From assembly GCA_963668025.2 (NCBI GenBank), contig CAXXTH010000023.1, positions 32,001 through 96,000 on the forward strand: a stretch of DNA of 64,000 nucleotides, read 5' to 3'. Both the position numbers and the translations under genes were made by a program. Every line of letters begins with the position of its first letter. Positions within the stretch are counted from its first letter, which is position 1. The notes under the pieces were generated by a model. That model was given only the letters and a program-made list of their open reading frames with translations, had not been told where the DNA came from and ran no database searches. The DNA is from Candidatus Hydrogenedentota bacterium (GTDB lineage Bacteria; Hydrogenedentota; Hydrogenedentia; Hydrogenedentales; SLHB01). Positions 18,388-26,915 of this stretch are shown in pieces.

Positions 18388-19404
18388 ATGGAACCCAGCA
18401 TGCTTTTTCTAATCGGTTCGCCACGCTCGGGGAGCACCATGCTCGAACGCATCCTCGCATCGCACTCGATGATTCTCGGCGGGCCGGAGCCGCACCTCCT
18501 GACGCCTCTCGCCCATTTGGGCGTGTGGGCCAATGTGGACAAGGCACCCTACGACCATGTTCTCGCGGCGGAATCGCAGAAGCTGTTCATCCAGCGCCTG
18601 CCTGGCGGCGAGGCGGACTATTGGCGCGCCTGCCGCGCCTATTGCGACGTGCTCTACGGGCAATATCTCGCCACCAGTGAAAAATCCATCTGCCTCGACA
18701 AAACGCCCGCCTACGCCCTGGTGCTGCCGTTCATGCAGAAAGTCTTCCCTGATGCAAAATATGTGGTCCTCACGCGCCATCCCATCGCCACCTTCTCTTC
18801 CTACGCCCATTCCTTTTTCGACGGCGATTACCGCGCGGCATATGCCTATAACCCCATCTTGAACCGCTACATCCCCGCGTTGGCGGTCTTCTTGCGCCAA
18901 ACGGACACGCCGTATGTCCACGTGCGTTATGAAGACTTGGTGAAAGACCCCGAAACGTGGATGGAGAAAATCTATGCCTATATCGGCGCGCCTTTCGAGA
19001 AGGAGAGTATTGATTACGGCAAAGGTGGCGAGGGTGAGGAGCGCCCGAAGGGCCTTGGCGACCCCATCGGCGTGCAACAGCATACGCGGCCCACTACGGC
19101 CTCCGTGAAAAAATGGGTCGAAGACCTTGCCACGAATCCCGAGCGGCTGTCCATCATGCGGGAAATGCTCGAACGCATCGACCCGGAAGACCTTCGCACC
19201 ATCGGATATGCTCTCGAAACTCTCTGGAAGCCCTTGGAAGAAGCTGAAGGCAAAACTATCGCGCCGCGCCAAACCCGCCTCACCCGCTATCGCTTTCAAC
19301 GCAAGCTCATCGTGAATCTCCGTAGCGCCGCCCAATCGAGCGGCCTCCTGCGCAAAGCCTTATCTACGGCCCGGCTGGCTTGCGATGTGCTGTTGCGGGA
19401 GTGA
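18388..19404 (+). CDS. PAPS-dependent sulfotransferase
   Basis: 5'-PSB motif IGSPRSGSTML, DKTP, R.P....S 3'-PB motif, VRYEDLV.DP. Confidence 0.9.
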   Translation: MEPSMLFLIGSPRSGSTMLERILASHSMILGGPEPHLLTPLAHLGVWANVDKAPYDHVLAAESQKLFIQRLPGGEADYWRACRAYCDVLYGQYLATSEKSICLDKTPAYALVLPFMQKVFPDAKYVVLTRHPIATFSSYAHSFFDGDYRAAYAYNPILNRYIPALAVFLRQTDTPYVHVRYEDLVKDPETWMEKIYAYIGAPFEKESIDYGKGGEGEERPKGLGDPIGVQQHTRPTTASVKKWVEDLATNPERLSIMREMLERIDPEDLRTIGYALETLWKPLEEAEGKTIAPRQTRLTRYRFQRKLIVNLRSAAQSSGLLRKALSTARLACDVLLRE

Positions 19405-19629
19405 AATCGTTCTCAACGCGGCATAGCGTCAACCAAAGATCCGGATTCATAGACCACGAAATACACCAACTACACTAAAATCTGATGCGGTTTTATAGTT
19501 TTGTAGGGTTGGACTTGCCCCACCGCTCAAGGGTTGCGCATGAAAAAATGAAGGGTGCGTGCAACGTGTCACTGCGAAGATGGGAGGAGCATTGAGAATA
19601 GCGCATCGCCTATACGTGAAAACTGAAGA

Positions 19630-19866
19630 TTAAGACTTATAAAACAGGAACAACCGCACTTTGGCACATAATTTCTTTAATATTAGAAATGTAGTTATAG
19701 CACACAATAGAAAAAAGATCAAAGCAAGAGATGACACCCCTCCATTCCACCCCCAAACATCCTCAAAATACGACATTATCCTCAAAAATAGATGCATTAA
19801 TAAAGGCCCAATAATCGGATAGATCAGAAGCCTAAGATAAAAGTCTTTTTCTTTAGGCTTGTCCAT
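19630..19866 (-). CDS. Small AT-rich hypothetical membrane protein
   Basis: GAGGCGG RBS-like element, two hydrophobic helices. Confidence 0.5.
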   Translation of the reverse strand: MDKPKEKDFYLRLLIYPIIGPLLMHLFLRIMSYFEDVWGWNGGVSSLALIFFLLCAITTFLILKKLCAKVRLFLFYKS

Positions 19867-20012
19867 ATGTTACCGCCTCATGAGTGCTGATTTCTTGCAC
19901 GAGGTTATAGAAAACTTGCACATAACCTTTGATTCTATACTCAAATTACCTCAAGAAATTATCCGAGTCAAGCAATAATTGCATTGCGATAAAAAGCATT
20001 ATTTCCGAAAAT

Positions 20013-20909
20013 TCAATTGACCGCAGGAGGCACCGCTTGCGCCAGTATCCGTTCGAGGGCATATTGCATGAATCGATACAGGACGAAGGCGCTCAGGAGG
20101 GGGAACACGAGCAGTTCAAAGAGCACCACGAGCATGAAGTAGATGAATGCGAACATGCCGTCCCACACGGCGCTGGTCATGGACGCCACGGCGTGGGTGA
20201 TGGCGGTGCGGATTTTGTCGAGGCTCTCGCCGGGACTGGTGATGCTGACCTGATCGCGTAAACCGATGAATTCGTCTTTCGCCTCGTTGAGCTGCATTTT
20301 CACTTGTTCGATGCGCGCTTGGTATTGAATTTTGATAGGCTGGGTGTAATGGGCGCATCCGGCGTAGCTCCCGATGAGCACGATGGGTACGGCATACGCG
20401 AAATAGCCGCCGAATAGGACGCAGCGCATGCCCCATCGCGGGAAAGAAGGCCAGCGTTTTGGCGCGATGCGCCCCGCCGCCCAAATGAGAAATCCCGCGC
20501 CCGCCAGCTTGAGGCCCAGCAGCAGGATGCCGGTTTCGAGCAGCAGCTTGTACATGCCCAGTATCAACAAGGAATAAAGCAGCACGTTCCATACGAGGTC
20601 GATATAGTCATACACCGGCTGCACGAGGTCGCCCACCTCGAGCTCGAAGCCCGCGCCTACGGAGCTTCCTTCGATAAGGGCCAGCCCGGCCTTGACACCG
20701 GATACGGCGAAAAAAGTCGAGGCGTTGTAGGCGGCGGCGTCATCAACAAGGGCTTCGGCTTCGGCGTTCAGGGCTTCATAGCAGGTGTAGCGCGCCATGA
20801 TGGGCGTTAAAAACAGGAATCCCGCACCGAAAAACGCCATGAGCAGGATTGCCGCCACGCTGCGTGGGGTGAAGGCCGCTTTCTTTATCTCTGCAACAGA
20901 TTCGCCCAT
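20013..20909 (-). CDS. Hypothetical multi-pass membrane protein
   Basis: Long ORF with host-like codon usage and several TM helices. Confidence 0.75.
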   Translation of the reverse strand: MGESVAEIKKAAFTPRSVAAILLMAFFGAGFLFLTPIMARYTCYEALNAEAEALVDDAAAYNASTFFAVSGVKAGLALIEGSSVGAGFELEVGDLVQPVYDYIDLVWNVLLYSLLILGMYKLLLETGILLLGLKLAGAGFLIWAAGRIAPKRWPSFPRWGMRCVLFGGYFAYAVPIVLIGSYAGCAHYTQPIKIQYQARIEQVKMQLNEAKDEFIGLRDQVSITSPGESLDKIRTAITHAVASMTSAVWDGMFAFIYFMLVVLFELLVFPLLSAFVLYRFMQYALERILAQAVPPAVN

Positions 20910-21094
20910 TATAGGCCCTCGACACATTCAGGAACGCCAAGCAGCCACAGACGGGAAATCCCGCTGCAACAAGCGGGATTTCCTTTTATGCCCTATTCTT
21001 GTGTCTGCTGCTATCGTTTCCCAATTTATATGATCCAAAGATGGCGGTAGAAGTTCCCTTTCGTATAAAAATCGCTAAAACGGCCCTGGCCCCT

Positions 21095-22231
21095 TCAAAA
21101 TGAGACGGGTGGGAGCGCGGTGTTCGACGCAGAAGCCGGTTCTTCTTTCTTCTTCTCCCCCGCGGGCTTTGCGAGAATCCCCTTAACGGGCTTCTGTTCC
21201 GCTGGGGGCTGTGTGGGATCAAAAAAAGCGATGGCCGCGTAGCTCACAGACGTTTCCCAGTCATTTAGCAAACGGCCAGAAGTGTCATACTTCAAGACAA
21301 CGCCAACGGAGTCCGGCGGCAGGGCCTCCATCATGATGGCGATGGGCAGGCGGCCAGGGATCAAGTTGCGTGTCCGGACGACATAATCCTTAAATCCTTC
21401 AAAGTCGCGTGCGGTAATATAATTGAAAGCTTCCGTGTCCAAGGCTTCCAGGCGTTTGGGGATATCCTCGGAGAAGGGCGTGAAGGCGTATTCCGGGCCA
21501 TACTGGGTAAAATTCGAGCTGGTCACGATTAGCGTGCGATCATTAATCACTTTGCGCAAGCGCTCCACCATGACGTTGAAGCCCTGTGTGTCGAACCGGC
21601 TGCCTTTTTCTTGCAGTTGGCCGACAACGATGGGTACGAGCTTGAATTCACCGAGTTGAAGCTGCAGGAAAGGCAGTTGGACCTCGTCGCCGTACTCGAC
21701 CTCATGGAGTAATCCCCGGCCTATTGCCCCGGCGCCTTGGCGGTAGACGAGCGCACGGAGAGCATAGAGTGATGAATACGTAAGGGTGGTGATGGCGTCA
21801 TAATCGAGGGGCACATCGCCGAAAGGCGTTCGGTATACATCGACGGACGGAATAGATCCCCCGCGAAAACTACCCTTATGAAAAGGAGTCAGGATGATGA
21901 CCCGGTCATACTGGCCTTGTTTCAACAATTTATAGCCATGTGCGGCGACAGCGCCCGAATATTGGTAGGCGGAACTGGGAACAATAAGGCCCACCAAACG
22001 GCCCGCGCGCGGTTCGACTTCCGCTTCATTCAAATAAGTGGATACCGCAGTATACAGTTGGGCGGGATCGGCGGGATAATAAAGGCCAGGCCCGATAGGC
22101 CTCCGTACACGCAATGCGGCTGTTGTAGCGCCTGCCAATAAGGCCGCTAATACTATCCATCCCGCCAACATCCATACACGCCGGGTGCTCATAAGCCAAG
22201 GCCTCTCCATTTTATGGGTATGCTCCTGCAC
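21095..22231 (-). CDS. MEMO1/AmmeMemoRadiSam protein B-like protein with N-terminal membrane anchor and degenerate metal site
   Basis: RRPI.PG.YYP.D, YSG.VAA.GY, TPFG.VP.D, EVQLPFLQ, VSYAAI. Confidence 0.8.
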   Translation of the reverse strand: MQEHTHKMERPWLMSTRRVWMLAGWIVLAALLAGATTAALRVRRPIGPGLYYPADPAQLYTAVSTYLNEAEVEPRAGRLVGLIVPSSAYQYSGAVAAHGYKLLKQGQYDRVIILTPFHKGSFRGGSIPSVDVYRTPFGDVPLDYDAITTLTYSSLYALRALVYRQGAGAIGRGLLHEVEYGDEVQLPFLQLQLGEFKLVPIVVGQLQEKGSRFDTQGFNVMVERLRKVINDRTLIVTSSNFTQYGPEYAFTPFSEDIPKRLEALDTEAFNYITARDFEGFKDYVVRTRNLIPGRLPIAIMMEALPPDSVGVVLKYDTSGRLLNDWETSVSYAAIAFFDPTQPPAEQKPVKGILAKPAGEKKKEEPASASNTALPPVSF

Positions 22232-22370
22232 ATTTTGAAATACGAACGCGAAGTGCGTTTTCAGTTTAGCAGAACTTTTTCTAGCATATCATATCTGCTT
22301 TTCCCGCCATATGTTCTGTTTGGGCTGGGTGTGAGAGCGCCAGGGAAAATCCGCGCAGAAAAAGCAATGG

Positions 22371-22403
22371 CGGATCCGACGGATCCGTCGGATCCGTCGG
22401 ATC
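22371..22403. repeat. 9-nt tandem repeat CGGATCCGW x ~3.5
   Basis: CGGATCCGACGGATCCGTCGGATCCGTCGGATC in a divergent intergenic region. Confidence 0.8.
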
Positions 22404-22546
22404 AGGCGATACTCGAGCCCCATTAGCTCTCGCCTGGTGCTTTCCTGTATAATTCGATTGTAGAGTGCTTTTTTTCTTGAAAGGCGCCGTAAGTTGTTCA
22501 TTTCAGGGGTAGTTACATATTTTTTCTGGTTGGAGGATTTTGCTGC

Positions 22547-23362
22547 ATGCCGACACCGTATCAGATTGTTGTATGCGCGGGGATCGTGCCCGACCCGCTG
22601 CAAACCCTGGAGCCCGTGGCGGGGCCGCAGGGGTGGGGGCTCAAGAATGAAATGATGTTGCCCGCCGTGCTGGATCCGTGGGCGTCGCATGCGTTGTATG
22701 AAGCGGCGAATCTGGCGAAGAAGATTCCAGGCTCGAAGGTCACGCTGGTAAGCATGTCGCCGAAGGCGAAATTGCAGCAGGTCATGATGACCATGGCGCA
22801 AAAGGTTCCGTTCGAGCTAATTGCCATTGACGGCCCTTCGAGCGGGTTCACGGATGCGGGAGATGTGGCGGCGCTGTTGGCGGAAGCCATCGAGGCGATT
22901 CCAGGCCTTGACAAGTCGAAGCTGCTGGTGTTCGGGGGCTGGGAATCAGCCTCGAGGGGTGCGGGCGCGACGATGCAGATCCTGGGTGAGCGCCTGGGTA
23001 TCACGGATCAGTTCCAGGGCGTGGACGAAATCACCGTGGGCGAGGATGGCGTGCTGCGTATCCTCGAACGTGTCGAAGGCGGCCAGCACCAGATTTCCGA
23101 ATGCGCGGGCGCTCCGGCGGTGCTCGGCTGGGCCACGGGCAATCTGCCCGAGCCGCCGAATAATCCGCAGGTAGGCATGGCGAACATGCGGATGGTGATG
23201 CCGTCGCTTCAAAAAGCCAAGCCAGCCAAGCTGGCGGGTGCGAATGTACAGTTCGCAAGTGTCGAACTTCCCAAGCAGGTGCGCCAGACGCGCATCGAGA
23301 AAGACGCTTCCACGGACGAGATTGCCCGTGAGATCGTTGAATGGATCAAAGGTTTATCGTAA
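22547..23362 (+). CDS. etfB: Electron transfer flavoprotein beta subunit (divergent)
   Basis: IVVC...VPD, DP...HALYEA, ERVEGG; paired with the alpha subunit downstream. Confidence 0.8.
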   Translation: MPTPYQIVVCAGIVPDPLQTLEPVAGPQGWGLKNEMMLPAVLDPWASHALYEAANLAKKIPGSKVTLVSMSPKAKLQQVMMTMAQKVPFELIAIDGPSSGFTDAGDVAALLAEAIEAIPGLDKSKLLVFGGWESASRGAGATMQILGERLGITDQFQGVDEITVGEDGVLRILERVEGGQHQISECAGAPAVLGWATGNLPEPPNNPQVGMANMRMVMPSLQKAKPAKLAGANVQFASVELPKQVRQTRIEKDASTDEIAREIVEWIKGLS

Positions 23363-23413
23363 AGCGGAAAGCGCGCATCCGGCGCGCCCGCAGACGGATA
23401 GGGAGAGCTTCTA

Positions 23414-24190
23414 ATGCATAAATGGGTTCTATGTCTGGGTGCTTTAGTATTGTGTGGAATACTTGCTGGGTGTCCTTCCACCACCATTCCAGTAGGGCTT
23501 ACTACCGCCGAATATAATTGGCTGCAGAATCATGGCGCGATTAAAGTCGGCGCGTTTAATGATTATCCGCCGTTTGGTTTTGTGGATGAAGACGGGGAGG
23601 CTATCGGCATTTCGGCCGATGTGTGGCATCTCATCTCATGCCGGTTGAATTGCCCGGTCGAGTTTTACCCCGTTTCGTTCGCCGAACAGCTTAGCGGTTT
23701 GCAAAGCGGCGCGTACGACAGCCTTGAGGGTATTTTCCCCTTGGCGAGCCGCGAGGAATGGGCCGATTTCAGTTCGGTGTATTGGGAGATCAATACGCAC
23801 ATCTATGTCCGCACCGAATATGCGGACCGTACGACGCTTGCGGCCCTGCTCGGATTGAAGGTCGGCGTGGTCGAAGGAGATTCAGGCCAGGTTCTTGCGC
23901 AAGCCGCAGGATTGGAAACGGTGGCTTATGTAAGCTATGAGGATGTAGTGAAAGCCGCGGGCCAGGGCGCGGTCGATGCGATGATCATGGACGAACTCGT
24001 GGCGCAGTATTACATCAATGCACTCGGATACCAGGCTGCGCTTCAAGTGTCGGGTGATGCGCTCGAGACGGGCCAGATGACCATGCCCGTGCTAGAAGAC
24101 AACGCGATGTTATTGAGCATCATCAATAAGGCGCTGGCCGACATCGATGCGTGGGAGTTGGAGCTAATCCATGATAAGTGGATCGGGTGA
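23414..24190 (+). CDS. Amino-acid-type substrate-binding lipoprotein (SBP_bac_3)
   Basis: Lipobox LAGC, DYPPFGF, FS..YW, KVGVVEG, L..INKAL. Confidence 0.88.
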   Translation: MHKWVLCLGALVLCGILAGCPSTTIPVGLTTAEYNWLQNHGAIKVGAFNDYPPFGFVDEDGEAIGISADVWHLISCRLNCPVEFYPVSFAEQLSGLQSGAYDSLEGIFPLASREEWADFSSVYWEINTHIYVRTEYADRTTLAALLGLKVGVVEGDSGQVLAQAAGLETVAYVSYEDVVKAAGQGAVDAMIMDELVAQYYINALGYQAALQVSGDALETGQMTMPVLEDNAMLLSIINKALADIDAWELELIHDKWIG

Positions 24191-24232
24191 AAAGAAGGCA
24201 TACCGGGGAAAACTTAACAGGAGACTGATTTA

Positions 24233-25258
24233 ATGCCGACGATTCTATTCCTTGCTTCGGCTGAATCCGATGGCGCTCTGGCCAAGCCGGCGCTCGAGGC
24301 CCTTTCCGCGGCGAAATCCGTGGCGGATGGATTGGGCGCGGCATTCGTGGCGGGCATCGTAGGAGAGCAACTCCAAGCGGCGGCGGATGCGGCGGCGGGC
24401 GCGGGCGCTACGCGCGTCTTGGTCGTATGCGGTTCTGAATTCACCCAAGCGCGATATGCCACCGATGCGGCGGCGGCGGAAGCCCTCTGTAAAGCAGCGG
24501 GCGCGGATGTCGTGATTGCCCCTGGTTCGTCCCGGTGGAACCGTGTTCTGCCGGGTGCGGCGTATCGTTGCGGCGGCAACGCGGATGTGCATGTGGCGAA
24601 GCTGGCCGTGGTGGAAGGCGAATTGCGCGCATCGCGATGGTATTACCGCCAGCGCATGGAAGGCGTTATCACACGCCCCCAATCGCCCTGGTTCATCGCC
24701 GTCGATCCCGGCTCACAGCCCGCATGGGCTGGCGCGCCAGCTACAGCCGCTATCGAGTCCGTGGCCGTAGCCCTCACGGATGCGCATGCGCGCACGAATG
24801 TAACAGGATTTCATTCGCCGTCTTCGGGCGAGCAGACCATCCGGCCCGAGGCCGATCTGCTCTTCGTAGCGGGTGCGGGTTGGACGAAGAAACAGGCCGA
24901 CGGCCAGACACATACGGATAAAGCCGCCGAACTCATCCTCGGGTTCGTCACCAAGGCCCAAGCATCTCTTGGCAGCAGTAAGTCGCTGGTGGACCTCAGC
25001 ACGGAAGGCCAGGCCGTATTGCCTTTTATGAGCCACTTGAACCAGGTGGGCCAGACGGGCGCGACGCCTCGACACCCGAAGGGCCTTTCGACCTGCTGCC
25101 ACGGCGAAGAGCCCCATGTCGTGGGCTGGCGTTTCGTCAACGAGCGGCGCGCCGTGAATCTCGATGCGAATTGCGGCTGGGCGCAAGGGAAAACGGATGT
25201 GCTCTATGTGGCCGACGCGTTCGAAGTCATGGAAAAGGTCATCGCGCTGCTGCGATAA
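24233..25258 (+). CDS. etfA: Electron transfer flavoprotein alpha subunit (divergent)
   Basis: VAGAG, GSSKSLVD, QVGQTG, AVN.D, DVLYVADAFEV. Confidence 0.8.
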   Translation: MPTILFLASAESDGALAKPALEALSAAKSVADGLGAAFVAGIVGEQLQAAADAAAGAGATRVLVVCGSEFTQARYATDAAAAEALCKAAGADVVIAPGSSRWNRVLPGAAYRCGGNADVHVAKLAVVEGELRASRWYYRQRMEGVITRPQSPWFIAVDPGSQPAWAGAPATAAIESVAVALTDAHARTNVTGFHSPSSGEQTIRPEADLLFVAGAGWTKKQADGQTHTDKAAELILGFVTKAQASLGSSKSLVDLSTEGQAVLPFMSHLNQVGQTGATPRHPKGLSTCCHGEEPHVVGWRFVNERRAVNLDANCGWAQGKTDVLYVADAFEVMEKVIALLR

Positions 25259-25267
25259 CACCTTTTG

Positions 25268-25307
25268 AAAAGGCCCATTCGTTTAACAGGCGGATGGGCC
25301 TTTTTTT
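25268..25307 (+). terminator. Rho-independent terminator
   Basis: AAAAGGCCCATTCG...CGGATGGGCCTTTTTTT. Confidence 0.85.
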
Positions 25308-25463
25308 GCACTACCCTCGAAAAATCGCGAGGTAATCCAAGACATGGATTTCGTGGTCCAAGATTCAGTGGTTTCGATGTCCAATTCGCTCTCCGCCCAT
25401 TCATTTGTTGGGATGCACCGAGGGAATTCGCTACAATGAGCGCACCATAGGAGAATCTATTCA

Positions 25464-26915
25464 ATGAAGAAAGCGCTGCTCATGATATCGCTCAGCCTCA
25501 TACCCCGCTTGCTCACCGCACAGGAGATCAGCCTGGAAGCCCTCGCGGGCGAGGATTGGTACGGGATCTATTTTAACGGCCAGAAATCCGGCTACGCGGA
25601 AAGCACGCTCCGCATCGCGGAGGACGGCTCGGTCCATGTGTCCATGGACGCCTTTTTTAAGGTCAGCCAAAGCGGGAAGCCCCAGGATATCCGCATGCTG
25701 GATTCGCGTGTTTATGCCCCTGATGGCCAATTGCGCAGTATCCATGCTAAAGGCCTCACGCCGACCGGGCTTGCGGAGTTTGAAGGCGTCGTGGAAGAAG
25801 GCGGGCTCCGTTTCACCACCGATATTGGCGGCAAGAAAACGGAAGAGGCGCTCCCTAAACCTACGGAAACCTTGCAAGACGCCATTCGCCAGGCGCGCCT
25901 TGTCCAAGGCGCGCCTAATGTGGGCGACGCCATCGAATATACCCGGTTTGAAACCATGTTGAAGCAGGAGATTAAAGGCCGCAGCGCTATCGAAAGCATC
26001 GAAGAGCGTTTCCTGGACGGCGTGGCGGCCAAGGTCTATACCGTCAAGACGGAAGAAGCCTTCATGGGCATGCCCATTTCATCGGTCTCTCATCTGGATT
26101 CCCATGGCAGAATCCTGGAGGACACCGTCGCTAATGTATTTAAAATGCGTCTTGAACCCAAAGAAATTGCCCAGGATGTTCATTACAGTAATGATGTCAT
26201 CGTATCCAATGCTGTCACCCTTGCCCAGCCGATATCCGAGCCTCGCACGCGGCCGGAAGTGCGCCTGCTCCTTCATGGCCCGCTCGATGTCCAGGTATTG
26301 ATCAATGACGAGCGCCAGCAGTTCACCGTAACGGACAAGGGCGTGTCGTTTCTCGGCAAACATGAATCCCTGGATGGCCTCGCGCCGGTCCAACTGCCGG
26401 TTACGGAGGCCAGCGTGCAGGAATGGCTGAAGCCCTCCACGTTCATCCAAAGCGGCGAGCCGCGCCTTATCGAGAAGGCGAAAGCCGTCCTTGGCGATGA
26501 AACGGACGCCTATCGCGCCGCTGAGCTCCTTTGCGGATGGGTGTATCAGAACGTCGCCACTTCTTATACCGCCAGCCTCTCGAACGCTTTGGAAGTGCTC
26601 GACACCATGGAAGGCGATTGCACGGAGCACAGCGTGCTGTTTGTCGGCCTGGCCCGCGCCGTGGGATTGCCCGCGCGGGAAGTGGCGGGCCTGGTCTATA
26701 CCGAGAATCCTAAGCCCGGACTCTATTTCCACCAATGGGCCAAGGTCTGGGCAGGCCGATGGATTGACATGGACCCCACGTTCAACCAGCCCATCGTGGA
26801 CGCCACGCACATCAAGCTCGCGGAAGGCGATCTCTTCCAGCAAATGAAGCTCATGCCGCTCATCGGACAGCTTCAAGCGGAATCGCTCGAACAGGAGGGA
26901 CAGCCGAACGGCTAA
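25464..26915 (+). CDS. Secreted transglutaminase-like (Cys-His-Asp) domain protein
   Basis: Signal peptide; GDCTEH...LARAVGLPAR...FHQW...W..MDPT. Confidence 0.88.
   Translation: MKKALLMISLSLIPRLLTAQEISLEALAGEDWYGIYFNGQKSGYAESTLRIAEDGSVHVSMDAFFKVSQSGKPQDIRMLDSRVYAPDGQLRSIHAKGLTPTGLAEFEGVVEEGGLRFTTDIGGKKTEEALPKPTETLQDAIRQARLVQGAPNVGDAIEYTRFETMLKQEIKGRSAIESIEERFLDGVAAKVYTVKTEEAFMGMPISSVSHLDSHGRILEDTVANVFKMRLEPKEIAQDVHYSNDVIVSNAVTLAQPISEPRTRPEVRLLLHGPLDVQVLINDERQQFTVTDKGVSFLGKHESLDGLAPVQLPVTEASVQEWLKPSTFIQSGEPRLIEKAKAVLGDETDAYRAAELLCGWVYQNVATSYTASLSNALEVLDTMEGDCTEHSVLFVGLARAVGLPAREVAGLVYTENPKPGLYFHQWAKVWAGRWIDMDPTFNQPIVDATHIKLAEGDLFQQMKLMPLIGQLQAESLEQEGQPNG

Noticed and set aside
18409-19335. 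Long antisense ORFs (for example 18409-19335, 26079-26927, 27088-28005, 62461-63231)
   Set aside because: Typical high-GC shadow frames opposite well-supported genes
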